IMG/VR virus record: IMGVR_UViG_3300042297_000490
Length of the DNA: 57,554 bases
Direction: 5' to 3' (one strand)
Source of the DNA: an uncultured virus (IMG/VR IMGVR_UViG_3300042297_000490)
Lineage: Duplodnaviria; Heunggongvirae; Uroviricota; Caudoviricetes
Part shown: piece after piece, positions 37,090 to 46,984 of the stretch
Layout: each line of letters begins with the position of its first letter
Numbering within the stretch: position 1 is the first letter of the stretch
The notes under the pieces: model-generated
What the model saw: only the letters and a program-made list of their open reading frames with translations
Database searches by the model: none
Told to the model about the DNA's origin: nothing
Translations under genes and position numbers: made by a program

Positions 37090-39453
37090 ATGAACGATCC
37101 TCTTAAAAATTTTAAAGCGAGCACTGAACCAGATAAACCTGTTTCAGTTCCTAAAACACCTATTGATTTAAAAGATCCTCTTAAAAATTTTAAAGCAGTT
37201 GTACCACCTAAAAAATTTGAAACTGATTATGCACCAATTGTTAAACAACTTGGTATTAAAGATGTTGATATGGGTTTTATAGCTTCTATGTATGAAGGTC
37301 AATTTTCTAAAGTATATGCTGAAAACTCTAAAAAAGCTCAAGGAGATGCTGTTGCTAGAGCTATTACAGAACAGATAACTAATCCTAATAAAAATAATCC
37401 TTTTTTAAAACAAATAGATGTAGGAATTCCAAATGTTTTAGCAAACTTAAAACAAAAAAACAAATCATATTCTGAAGATTTTGTTGATAAGTATAAGACT
37501 TTAGAGAAGCATAATACTGCATTTCTAAAAGCATTAAAGAATGGTGGTAGTGATATGGCATCAACATACACTAATGCATATAACGCGTTTCAAGATTTTA
37601 AAACTACATTGGCTCCAGAGAATTTTAAAAATGATTCAAAGTATGTTATACGTCCGGAAGACAATAAATTCATGGCTCAAAAAGATTATGATCGTGAACA
37701 TGATGGTCCATCTGGTGTATGGAATAAAAAAACAGGTGCTCCTGCAATGAGTTCTACGCTTGATACTAATTTTGATTTAGGATACAAAACTATTGTCAAT
37801 CATGAAAAAGCTATACAGCAAACGTATTTAAAGTATTCTACGCCAGTTATGGGTGCTTGGACAGCCAACTCATCAAAAATATTAAATAAGTATGCTGCAG
37901 GTGGTAAAGATTTAGATGAGGATGATATAGATAATGCACAAAAATCATTTGCATATACTACAGATTTATTGACACATGTATCTAAATATGGTACTGTTAC
38001 AGGAGATTCTAAAAATAAAGATCGCGGTGTTGCGTTAGGAATATTAAGAGAAGCAAATGGAATTAAAGATCCAAAAGCTAAATATGCATATCTGGCAAAA
38101 CAAGGCGACGCTGTTACAAAACTTGCAAGCAGTTTAGGTTTTTATGGAACTAAATATTTGTTTGAAAAACATCATGATTCTTTAAACCACGATGACTTTT
38201 ATGGTAATTCTGATTCAGTTGCTGCTTCTTTTAATCAAGGCGGTGTCGATAGACAAAAAGATGAAATTTTAAAAGGTCGCCAGGGAATGGTTCGTACAGG
38301 TTTATTATTCAATAATTGGTCTAAAGTAGATTCTGCATCAAGAAACCAAGCAAAAGAAAAAATGTATGGTGAAAATTTAGATGTTACTTTATCTGATTTT
38401 GTTGATCAAAATACACTTGTTAATTCATTTTTAACAAAAGATGGTAGAGTTAGAACTCGTGCTGATTTTGAACAAACTGTGAATAGAGAGTCAATGAAAA
38501 AAGCATACAAAGGTGCTAAAATTAACTTTGATGAAATGACGTTTAAAGATGGTAAATATACGTATCAAGGCAAAACGGATTGGTCGCCTGTAGGTTTGAA
38601 AATAACTCAAGATGACAATAGACATGGAAAAAAATATGATGAAGCATACGACAGATTAAATAAAATTTTTGTTAAAAAGTTTAATGAGGTTGATCCTTCT
38701 GAACGATATAAAAATTCATTGATGGTTTTATCTGAAGATAAAAATGGAAATAAAATTGGTGGTTTTGGTAACAACACATCTCAAGTTGTGGCATTAAGAG
38801 GATTAGATTTTTCTAATAAAAACTCAACAGGCAACATGGAAAAATTTAAAACCATTCAAAATGTTTTATCAATGGTTAATAATCAATCTGTTGAAAATAG
38901 TATTTTCAATATCCAAGGTGGCGTTTATATTACTGATCAAAATATTGACAAAAAATTAAATTCATTTAAAAATGAGTTTCAAGAAAATGATGAAACTATA
39001 AAAAAACTACATTCATTTCTTAAAACTGCTGGTGAAAATGTAACAGCTGAATTTTATGCACACCCTGGTGGTAATCGTCAGTTCAGTTCTTATGTTTTTA
39101 GAGATGAAGATACAGGTAAAAAAATGGCAATGTTTATTCCAAACGATCAATTGCAAAAAATTAAAGATCCTCATTATACTGCATCTCAAGAATCAACTTC
39201 TGATTTTACATACAATTACACTGGTGAAAAACCTTTATTGAATACACGTGATTTTAAACAATCAAAAATAGTTAATAAAGAAGGTATGTTAGTTGGTAAA
39301 ACTTCAATACCTTCGTTAATCATGCCTGGTTCATTTGAAGATATGGAATTTAACATAGGTCCTGCATCTTCAACAAAATGGGATGATGCAGAGTTACATT
39401 TTTATGAAGCTTTGAAACAATACAAGGAGTTACAAAAACAAGAAGAAAAATAA
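37090..39453 (+). CDS. Hypothetical virion-associated protein (787 aa)
   Basis: Long ORF in the cargo cluster; N-terminal DPLKNFKA occurs twice. Confidence 0.6.
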   Translation: MNDPLKNFKASTEPDKPVSVPKTPIDLKDPLKNFKAVVPPKKFETDYAPIVKQLGIKDVDMGFIASMYEGQFSKVYAENSKKAQGDAVARAITEQITNPNKNNPFLKQIDVGIPNVLANLKQKNKSYSEDFVDKYKTLEKHNTAFLKALKNGGSDMASTYTNAYNAFQDFKTTLAPENFKNDSKYVIRPEDNKFMAQKDYDREHDGPSGVWNKKTGAPAMSSTLDTNFDLGYKTIVNHEKAIQQTYLKYSTPVMGAWTANSSKILNKYAAGGKDLDEDDIDNAQKSFAYTTDLLTHVSKYGTVTGDSKNKDRGVALGILREANGIKDPKAKYAYLAKQGDAVTKLASSLGFYGTKYLFEKHHDSLNHDDFYGNSDSVAASFNQGGVDRQKDEILKGRQGMVRTGLLFNNWSKVDSASRNQAKEKMYGENLDVTLSDFVDQNTLVNSFLTKDGRVRTRADFEQTVNRESMKKAYKGAKINFDEMTFKDGKYTYQGKTDWSPVGLKITQDDNRHGKKYDEAYDRLNKIFVKKFNEVDPSERYKNSLMVLSEDKNGNKIGGFGNNTSQVVALRGLDFSNKNSTGNMEKFKTIQNVLSMVNNQSVENSIFNIQGGVYITDQNIDKKLNSFKNEFQENDETIKKLHSFLKTAGENVTAEFYAHPGGNRQFSSYVFRDEDTGKKMAMFIPNDQLQKIKDPHYTASQESTSDFTYNYTGEKPLLNTRDFKQSKIVNKEGMLVGKTSIPSLIMPGSFEDMEFNIGPASSTKWDDAELHFYEALKQYKELQKQEEK
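37096..37196 (+). repeat. Exact 23-bp direct repeat GATCCTCTTAAAAATTTTAAAGC
   Basis: Copies at 37096-37118 and 37174-37196. Confidence 0.85.
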
Positions 39454-39456
39454 GAT

Positions 39457-42400
39457 ATGGCAAAGGTAGTTACTGGTAAAAGCAGCGGTGTAGATCAAGC
39501 ATCTGCAAAAGATGTTCAATATGTTGATAATAAACCTGTACAAAAACTATCAGGTGAAGATGCAAAAAAACTTGAGCTTATTCAGAAAGGCATTGATTCT
39601 CGTAAAAAAAATCAAGAATTATTTAACCAGGCTTCTAGTCTGGTTGCACAAAAAAATCCTAAACGAAATGAGTCTTTTGGAAAATCTCAAAACTTTTCAT
39701 ACACACAAACAGATTTAAAAAGATTAAAGTCTTTTGGTTCTGATGTATTTGGTAAAGTTGGTTTTAATCCATATGAAGATAATAACACTGCTTTTAATGC
39801 TGCTACAGATGGATGGGATGATATTGGTCGTGCTGGAACAGGGTTTTTAAAACTTGCTGGTATTGGTGCACAAGATACTTTTTTAGAAGGTTCCCTTTCA
39901 GCTAGTGATAATTACGAAGATTTTGGTGACATTATGAAAACCTATTCTTCTACACGTGAAGGTAAATTAGGAAGTGCTAGTAATGCTATGTTATCTGCTG
40001 GATATACTGCTGGTATTATTGGTGGTATTGCTGCAGAAGAAGGATTGTTAGCCATTGGTACATTTTTAAGTGGTGGTCTTGGCGGAACAGCTGCGCTGGC
40101 TAGAACTTCTAAAAATTTAGAGCGTGGTTTTAATGGTATAAGTAAAGCTTGGAGAGCATCATCGCAATCAAATAAATATTTTAGAACTTTTGATCATCTT
40201 ACTGATTTAAATACTGCTCGTGGATTTTGGAGTAAATTAGGTAAAGGTGCATTTCATGCATTAAACCCTGCAGCTAACACAATTGACTTTTTAAGAACTG
40301 CTGATAAATTAAAAGATCTTAATGGTCTTGCACGTTTATCTGTTGGTGTTGGTGCTATTGTTAGAGATGCTCGTAAATTTACAATGTCGCATGGTGAAGC
40401 AAAACTTGAAGCTAACATGGCTCGTCAAGAATTTGTTAACGATGAAATGAAACAATGGCATAAGGCTAATCCGGAACAAAGTCTTTCTAAAGATGCATTA
40501 AATGATATTACTTCTCGTGGAAATAATGTTTATTCATCTACATACAGCGCAAACTTTGGTTTAATTTATGCAACAAATGCTTTAGGTCTTGATAATATGT
40601 TTACAAGCGAAAAAGCTTTAAGCAGAGCTTTTAAATTAAATAAAATTGGAAAGGCTGGATTTAATGTTGTTGCTCGTCAACCAGGATACATTGGTGGAAA
40701 ACTTGTTGCTTTTGGTGGTCGTGGTGGACGTGGTGCTGCTGAATACTGGGGCCAATTTGCATTAAGTGGTGTATCTGAAGGTTCGCAAGAACTTGGTCAA
40801 GACTTAATTTCAAATACAAGTAAGTATTATTATGGTAAGACAGAGCAAGAACGTCAGTTACGCGGTTCTCAATGGGATGTTTTATCAGAAGACTTTGATC
40901 GTTCATACAATTCTTTGTTTCATGGTAAAGTTAAAGTAAATGGAAAATGGGTAATGAACGCTGATAATCAAGGAAAACCTGCAGGATTGGAAACATTTTT
41001 GGGTGGTGCTTTGATAGGTGGTTTTATGGGCCCAGTTAATACAGTACAAAGTTTAATGTTTGATTTTACTCAAGGTGGTGGTAACAAAACATTATACAAT
41101 GCTGCATTTAATCGCGATCAGTATAAAAAAGATAAAGACTCGCAGTTTAAACAAATTCAAGCTAAAGCTGAATTATTAAATGCTTTTATCAAAAATGAAC
41201 ACGCCTTCCTACAGGAAATTAAAAAACCAATCTTTGCACAAAAAGCTATTCAAGATAAAATACTGGAAGCTGTTCAAAATGGTAATACAAAAGACCTTGA
41301 GGATTTAAAACAAGAAGCCTTTGGTCTTCAATTACAAACTATGTTTGATAATGATTTGCAAGATGATTTTGTAAAGCATTTGAAAAGCATGGCTAAAGAT
41401 GGAACAGCTCAAGAATTAAATCAAGCTTTTAATAGAACTGATATTACTGAACAGAATGCTTCAGAATTTAGAGCTAAACTTGTACAGAAAGCAGATCGTG
41501 TAAATGAACATAAGGATCAATATGACAAGATTCAAAATGAAATGATTAATCCAATTACGGTTAGTGATCTTCGTCCATCAGATAAGGACTATAGAGCTAA
41601 TGTAGTTAGATACCATGCATTTGAAAATCTTAAAAAAGAAATGCTTGTTTCGAATGTAAATATTCAATCTATTGCTGATAGAAATAAAGCAATGGATGAA
41701 AAATTAAGCAAGTCATTAAATCTTTCTACAATTGAACGTGATTCATTATTAGACTCTAGTTCATTGAATCAAAATATTGAAGTGTTAGAAACACAAGTAG
41801 AAGGAAGCAAAGGATTAGATTTAAAAGGTACAGCTAAACGTGAGTATGATAAAGCTGTTGTTAAACTTGCAGCATTAAAAAAATATAAAGAATCTATTGA
41901 TAAAGTTGAAAAAGCAGAAGTAGGTGAATTTAATGAAAGTGATCATAGTGATATGTTTGATGCATACGTTGACGTATTAGCGTCATTTGATCAAACAAGT
42001 GGTTTATCAAAAGAAGAACAACGTGCACTTGCTAATCGTACATTTGATTCAGTATATGACCATGTTAATCTAACAAAAGAAGGTAAAGCATTTAAAAAAC
42101 TTGCAAACACTTTATCTGATCCAACGTATGCTGGAAACTTTATTGCAGAACAGGAAAAAGTTCTTAATCATATTCTTGATAACAAGACGCAACACATCAG
42201 TAACTCTTTAGAAGCATTCCAAGTTCGAAAAGAGTCAAGCAAGATGATGCAGATGTTGTCGGAAAAAGGTATTTATTTCAGTTTAACTGAACTGGATGAC
42301 CTTGTGAAAAAAGGAATTATGCCTTCTAAATTTTATGACATCGCGACTCAAAAAGAAGCTACTGACGCACAACTAAAATATGCGCAGGGTGTTGTTGAAG

Positions 42401-45400
42401 GGTTCTATAAAAACTTAACTGGTAAAGTTATTACTGGTGGTAAAGATGGATTGGCTAGAAAAAACTCACGTTCTAAAGCAGACACTCGTAAATCAAAAGA
42501 CATTCTTAAACAGTACGGTCTTACTTTAAATCAGATGATTGATTTGAATGAAAAAGAAGGAGATGTATTTTTAAATAAATTAATTTCTAACAAAGACTTA
42601 TCAAACACTGAACGTGAATTATTAAAAGCAGTTAGCACTACAAAAGCAAAACTTATTTTTACTGATAATGCAGAAGCACCTGTAATGAAAGTAGGAGATG
42701 TTGTTTACATTGATATTCGATATGCTTCTTCTGAATTTAAAGATGCGCAGGTATCGTTTGAAAATTTAGTTATTTCTGCAATAGTTCAAGAAAAAATTGC
42801 TGGAAACATTGAAGACAATGCTACATTAAAAGCTACTGCTACACGTATGATGGAACAAACCAAAGCGTTGTTCTTGAAAACTGTTCCTACAGCGAATGTA
42901 GAAGGACTATCAATGTTCAATAATGTTGAAGAGTTTATAATAGAAGTATTAAACAATAAATCATTACAGGCTACACTATCTCAAGTTAAGGATGAAGTTA
43001 GTTCTTCTCGTCGTTCTCTATGGACAAATATGATGATTATGGTTAAAACATCATTGAGCAAAGAGTCTGCGCTTAATGGAACAATGCTTGATCGTGGTAT
43101 TAATATAGCATCTCAAGCACTGGATATACCAGGAGCTATAGATGTACAGATTGAAGATGAAAAAACTAAACCTAAAAAAGAACGTAAATTAAGTACCTCT
43201 ACTAACGCTAAATCTAAAACTGAAGTAAAGAGATTAAAGGATCTTGAAAAGATGGCCAGAAAGCTGAATAAGCAATTTGGAACCAATGTATCGATTGTTA
43301 CGTCAACAGACGTTGCTAAAAAGATAGTGGATAGTCTTAAAAATCCAATGCATCAAAAATTTGCTGACATTTTATTTGAAGCTGTTCGTGGATACGGTAT
43401 TAACGATAAAGTAATTGAATTAAGAAAATCATTTGACTCACCTGCATTAAGTCAGTTGTTACGTGACGTGTACAATAAGTCTGAATCTATTTCTGAATTG
43501 ATTGAGAACTTAAAAGACTTGACTGCGTATGAAGCTGGTCAACTAGGTCCTGTTATTGATTGGTTGACAAGAAATGCAGATAACTTACAGGATGGTATAG
43601 AAGCTGTTTCAAACATATTCTTTCAGTTAGATGATGCAAATACTGCTGGGTTCTATGATGAAAGCACTAATACTGCATATATTGTTGCTGATAATGTGAA
43701 TGAAACAACTATGTTGCATGAAATGTTCTTGCATCCATTCCTTGTTGATGCTGAAAGAAATAATGTAGATTTATATGGTCAGTTAGTAGCAAATGCAATT
43801 AGTGATGATTCTGTTCGTGAATATGTAATTCAAGTATATGGTACAGAACAAGAACTTGGAACAAGACAATATCACCATGAGTTAGTTGCAAGAGCATTTG
43901 ATATTGCTGCTGGTAGAGTTATAAATCAAAAACTTAATCGTAATTTCTTACAAAAACTTAAAGAGTTCTTTCAAAGAATGTTTAAAAAGTTGATGGGTAA
44001 CCAACAAGTGGCTTTTGTTGATGAACTTGATTTTTTAACAACGGTTGATGAGTTGGCAACGATGATAGTAAAAGACCGAACTCAATTTGAATTTTGGTCC
44101 GATGCTAACATTAAACCTGATGCGGTTGAGATTATTTCTGATTTCATTACACCTACTACGGAAACTGAAGAAACTGAAGAAACTGAAACGGAAGAAACTG
44201 AAACACCTTTTGAAGTAGTAAATGATACTACCGAAGAAAGAACTGATTTGCAGAACCGAATTAGAAATATTGATGCTATGGTTAATAACATAGCAGGTAA
44301 GTTGTCTAGTGGTACTATAACAAAGAGTCGTGAGATTACATCGCTTAACTCCGAACGTACTAAACTGCTTATTGAAAGAAAGCAATTACAACAAGAATTA
44401 GATGCATTACCTGTTAGTGTTTCTCCTACTACAAATGTTGTAACAGATACTCTTGTAGATTCTTCTTTAGAACCAATCGAATATAGTGAAGATGACTTTA
44501 ATTACAATGCAGATGGTTCATTGATATATGATCAAAACGTACCATACCAACAATTTCCATTGACGTTGCAATACGCTATGGCAAATGTATTCGGTAAATC
44601 GCATGGTAATATAACAGAGTCTGAAATGAATGTAATCAATCGATACATCAAAGATGGTCACAAAGACTTTATTGATGCTATTGTAGAATACAATCAAAAT
44701 GCAAAAGCTATAACTCAATCTCAAAAAGATAATGCTGCGCGTGTAGAATCTGAACGTAAAGAACGTAAAGATAAACCTGTAAAAGAAGTATTGTCTGATG
44801 ATGAGTTAATGGATCATTTGTTAACTAAATCTGGATTAACAATCGATACATCAATTCTTACAGATGCTGAACGTAGTGATTTGATTAAAGCTTTTAAAGA
44901 ACGCGCGTTAGATGTTCCTGGAATAATTCATTTCATTTTTGAAAAGAAAATGCTAGTGGAATTGGAAGCACAAGATAAACTTGATGCTGAAGCACAAGCA
45001 CGTTACGAAGCTGAATTTATGGAATTGTTGGACGCTGAAGAAGAGTTCCAACGTAAAAAAGATCGTAAAAAGAAAAGAGCTACAAGTACATCAACAAACT
45101 TGGATGCATTAACTACAGGTACATTAGAGTTCCAGGAAGAAGATGCAAAAGGAAAACTTAAAACAGTATCCGTTAAAATTGGAAAAGCCCTTGGTCGATT
45201 CATTAGTATTTACCATCCAAAGATTTTCAAACAAGAAGCTGAAACATTTGCAAAATCAGTACGTGATTTTAAACGTGAGGTTACTGCTGAAAAGAAACGT
45301 ATTAGCGATAATATAAAATTCAGTGAAAACGAAGTATTGGCTACAAAAGAACTGGTTGATTTGTTTTTCAAACTGGAACGAAAAGGAATGTTGGTTCCTG

Positions 45401-46983
45401 TAATTGCTACAGAAATAAACAAAAAACTGCTTGAGGTTAAGAATCCATATCGTATTCGTATAATCAATAAGAAAGGTTATAAGCCAATTGGTACAATCTA
45501 TTCGATTGAGCATGGTACAAAAGCACAACTGAAAGGAACTGTAGCGTTACCATCAGTCAAAAAAGAAAACAAGATTATTGAAAACAAACTTGTTACTGAA
45601 GAGAAAGATGTATTGTCAACAGAAGAGGAACCAAGAACACCAGAAGAAATTGACTTCTTTTCTACAGAAGAAGGTCAAAAAATGATTGAGGATGAGTTTA
45701 AATATTTGGAAGAATACTATAACTCTAAATTGTTTACAATTGAAACTGGTAGTTACACTGGTGCATTAGAAGACTTATCTGAAACAGAACGTATAATTTA
45801 TGATCGTGCTGCATTTGAAGGTTTATATGAAAAAGAAGACGTTAAAAAACTTGATGCTAATTTAAAAGTTGTTTTACCAATTGGAACATCAGGTTCTGGT
45901 AAAAGCACATGGATTAAATCTTTACCTGCAGATGAGTATGTTGTAATTTCTCCTGACGCTATGCGTGTAGAATTTACAGGCGATATGAATGATAAAAGTA
46001 AAGACACTGAAATTTATGAAGAGGTTAAAAAGAGAACTATTGCTGCAATTAAAAATGGCAAAAAAGTTGTTATTGATACAACTAATCTTCAAAAAGAAAG
46101 AAGACGTGATTTTACAAACGCTATTAAAAAACAATTTCCAGAATTAAGTTTGGAATATAAACTTATGCCTTTAGATGGCGAGCTTGCTAAAAAAAGAATT
46201 AAAGCTCAAATTAGTAAAGGTGAAGATCGTGCTGATGTTTCAGATGAAACGATTGATCGTCATGTGAAGTTGTATAACGAAATGTTAAAAGACATAGCAG
46301 ATGAACCTCTTACAAAGTTTATAGAAGCTCCAAAGAAAGATCCTAAACGTGATTTATTCACAGAAGGACTTGAAGAAAAAACAGAACAGGATAAAGCTGA
46401 ACAGGAATTAAATGTTTTAGTTAATGCTTTCATTAAAGAAAATGTAAAAGAAGCACCACAAAAAGCATATGAAACACATCCTCTGCATCAAGAGTTTGTT
46501 AAAAAAATAAAAAATGGACCTACTGCTATATCGTTAGCTTATGCTGTTGGTGTTTATCAATATGAAATGCAACAAGGTTCTTTATTTTCTGATAAGCAAT
46601 CTAAAGTTGTTGAAAATATAATTAAAGAAAAATTAGCACAAGGATTTTATAAAAACGAGCACTCGAAAGAGGATGTTTTAATGAAAGATGGTACACGTTA
46701 TAAAATAATGTCTTCCACAAAAGATACGGTTTCAGTTTTTAATGTTGAAACTTCGAACCTTGAAAACTTGGATATGTTGAATTTTTTGAGTAATATAAAG
46801 GATGTGGTTGCGGAAGAGGTTCCTGTAAAAAAGGATACTTTTGAAACAAAACCTTCTAGTAAAAAAGGCAAGATTATTAAAGATGCGCTTCAAAATGTTT
46901 TTAGTAACTTTGACACATCAGTAGCGGCTGATCTTTTTGTGGAAGATTCCATTATTGAAACTTTAAAAACTCAATGTAAATAA
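39457..46983 (+). CDS. Giant polyvalent ejection protein (2508 aa): membrane-inserting N-terminus, zincin-like protease, P-loop kinase
   Basis: Hydrophobic Gly/Ala helices near aa 175-215; GFYD...LHEMFLHP...HELVA (43648-43890); IGTSGSGKSTW...ISPDAMR...VIDTTN (45865-46320). Confidence 0.75.
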   Translation: MAKVVTGKSSGVDQASAKDVQYVDNKPVQKLSGEDAKKLELIQKGIDSRKKNQELFNQASSLVAQKNPKRNESFGKSQNFSYTQTDLKRLKSFGSDVFGKVGFNPYEDNNTAFNAATDGWDDIGRAGTGFLKLAGIGAQDTFLEGSLSASDNYEDFGDIMKTYSSTREGKLGSASNAMLSAGYTAGIIGGIAAEEGLLAIGTFLSGGLGGTAALARTSKNLERGFNGISKAWRASSQSNKYFRTFDHLTDLNTARGFWSKLGKGAFHALNPAANTIDFLRTADKLKDLNGLARLSVGVGAIVRDARKFTMSHGEAKLEANMARQEFVNDEMKQWHKANPEQSLSKDALNDITSRGNNVYSSTYSANFGLIYATNALGLDNMFTSEKALSRAFKLNKIGKAGFNVVARQPGYIGGKLVAFGGRGGRGAAEYWGQFALSGVSEGSQELGQDLISNTSKYYYGKTEQERQLRGSQWDVLSEDFDRSYNSLFHGKVKVNGKWVMNADNQGKPAGLETFLGGALIGGFMGPVNTVQSLMFDFTQGGGNKTLYNAAFNRDQYKKDKDSQFKQIQAKAELLNAFIKNEHAFLQEIKKPIFAQKAIQDKILEAVQNGNTKDLEDLKQEAFGLQLQTMFDNDLQDDFVKHLKSMAKDGTAQELNQAFNRTDITEQNASEFRAKLVQKADRVNEHKDQYDKIQNEMINPITVSDLRPSDKDYRANVVRYHAFENLKKEMLVSNVNIQSIADRNKAMDEKLSKSLNLSTIERDSLLDSSSLNQNIEVLETQVEGSKGLDLKGTAKREYDKAVVKLAALKKYKESIDKVEKAEVGEFNESDHSDMFDAYVDVLASFDQTSGLSKEEQRALANRTFDSVYDHVNLTKEGKAFKKLANTLSDPTYAGNFIAEQEKVLNHILDNKTQHISNSLEAFQVRKESSKMMQMLSEKGIYFSLTELDDLVKKGIMPSKFYDIATQKEATDAQLKYAQGVVEGFYKNLTGKVITGGKDGLARKNSRSKADTRKSKDILKQYGLTLNQMIDLNEKEGDVFLNKLISNKDLSNTERELLKAVSTTKAKLIFTDNAEAPVMKVGDVVYIDIRYASSEFKDAQVSFENLVISAIVQEKIAGNIEDNATLKATATRMMEQTKALFLKTVPTANVEGLSMFNNVEEFIIEVLNNKSLQATLSQVKDEVSSSRRSLWTNMMIMVKTSLSKESALNGTMLDRGINIASQALDIPGAIDVQIEDEKTKPKKERKLSTSTNAKSKTEVKRLKDLEKMARKLNKQFGTNVSIVTSTDVAKKIVDSLKNPMHQKFADILFEAVRGYGINDKVIELRKSFDSPALSQLLRDVYNKSESISELIENLKDLTAYEAGQLGPVIDWLTRNADNLQDGIEAVSNIFFQLDDANTAGFYDESTNTAYIVADNVNETTMLHEMFLHPFLVDAERNNVDLYGQLVANAISDDSVREYVIQVYGTEQELGTRQYHHELVARAFDIAAGRVINQKLNRNFLQKLKEFFQRMFKKLMGNQQVAFVDELDFLTTVDELATMIVKDRTQFEFWSDANIKPDAVEIISDFITPTTETEETEETETEETETPFEVVNDTTEERTDLQNRIRNIDAMVNNIAGKLSSGTITKSREITSLNSERTKLLIERKQLQQELDALPVSVSPTTNVVTDTLVDSSLEPIEYSEDDFNYNADGSLIYDQNVPYQQFPLTLQYAMANVFGKSHGNITESEMNVINRYIKDGHKDFIDAIVEYNQNAKAITQSQKDNAARVESERKERKDKPVKEVLSDDELMDHLLTKSGLTIDTSILTDAERSDLIKAFKERALDVPGIIHFIFEKKMLVELEAQDKLDAEAQARYEAEFMELLDAEEEFQRKKDRKKKRATSTSTNLDALTTGTLEFQEEDAKGKLKTVSVKIGKALGRFISIYHPKIFKQEAETFAKSVRDFKREVTAEKKRISDNIKFSENEVLATKELVDLFFKLERKGMLVPVIATEINKKLLEVKNPYRIRIINKKGYKPIGTIYSIEHGTKAQLKGTVALPSVKKENKIIENKLVTEEKDVLSTEEEPRTPEEIDFFSTEEGQKMIEDEFKYLEEYYNSKLFTIETGSYTGALEDLSETERIIYDRAAFEGLYEKEDVKKLDANLKVVLPIGTSGSGKSTWIKSLPADEYVVISPDAMRVEFTGDMNDKSKDTEIYEEVKKRTIAAIKNGKKVVIDTTNLQKERRRDFTNAIKKQFPELSLEYKLMPLDGELAKKRIKAQISKGEDRADVSDETIDRHVKLYNEMLKDIADEPLTKFIEAPKKDPKRDLFTEGLEEKTEQDKAEQELNVLVNAFIKENVKEAPQKAYETHPLHQEFVKKIKNGPTAISLAYAVGVYQYEMQQGSLFSDKQSKVVENIIKEKLAQGFYKNEHSKEDVLMKDGTRYKIMSSTKDTVSVFNVETSNLENLDMLNFLSNIKDVVAEEVPVKKDTFETKPSSKKGKIIKDALQNVFSNFDTSVAADLFVEDSIIETLKTQCK
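44161..44205 (+). repeat. Tandem GAAACT(GAA) repeat encoding an ETEETE acidic linker
   Basis: gaaactgaagaaactgaagaaactgaaacggaagaaactgaaaca. Confidence 0.8.
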
Positions 46984-46984
46984 T

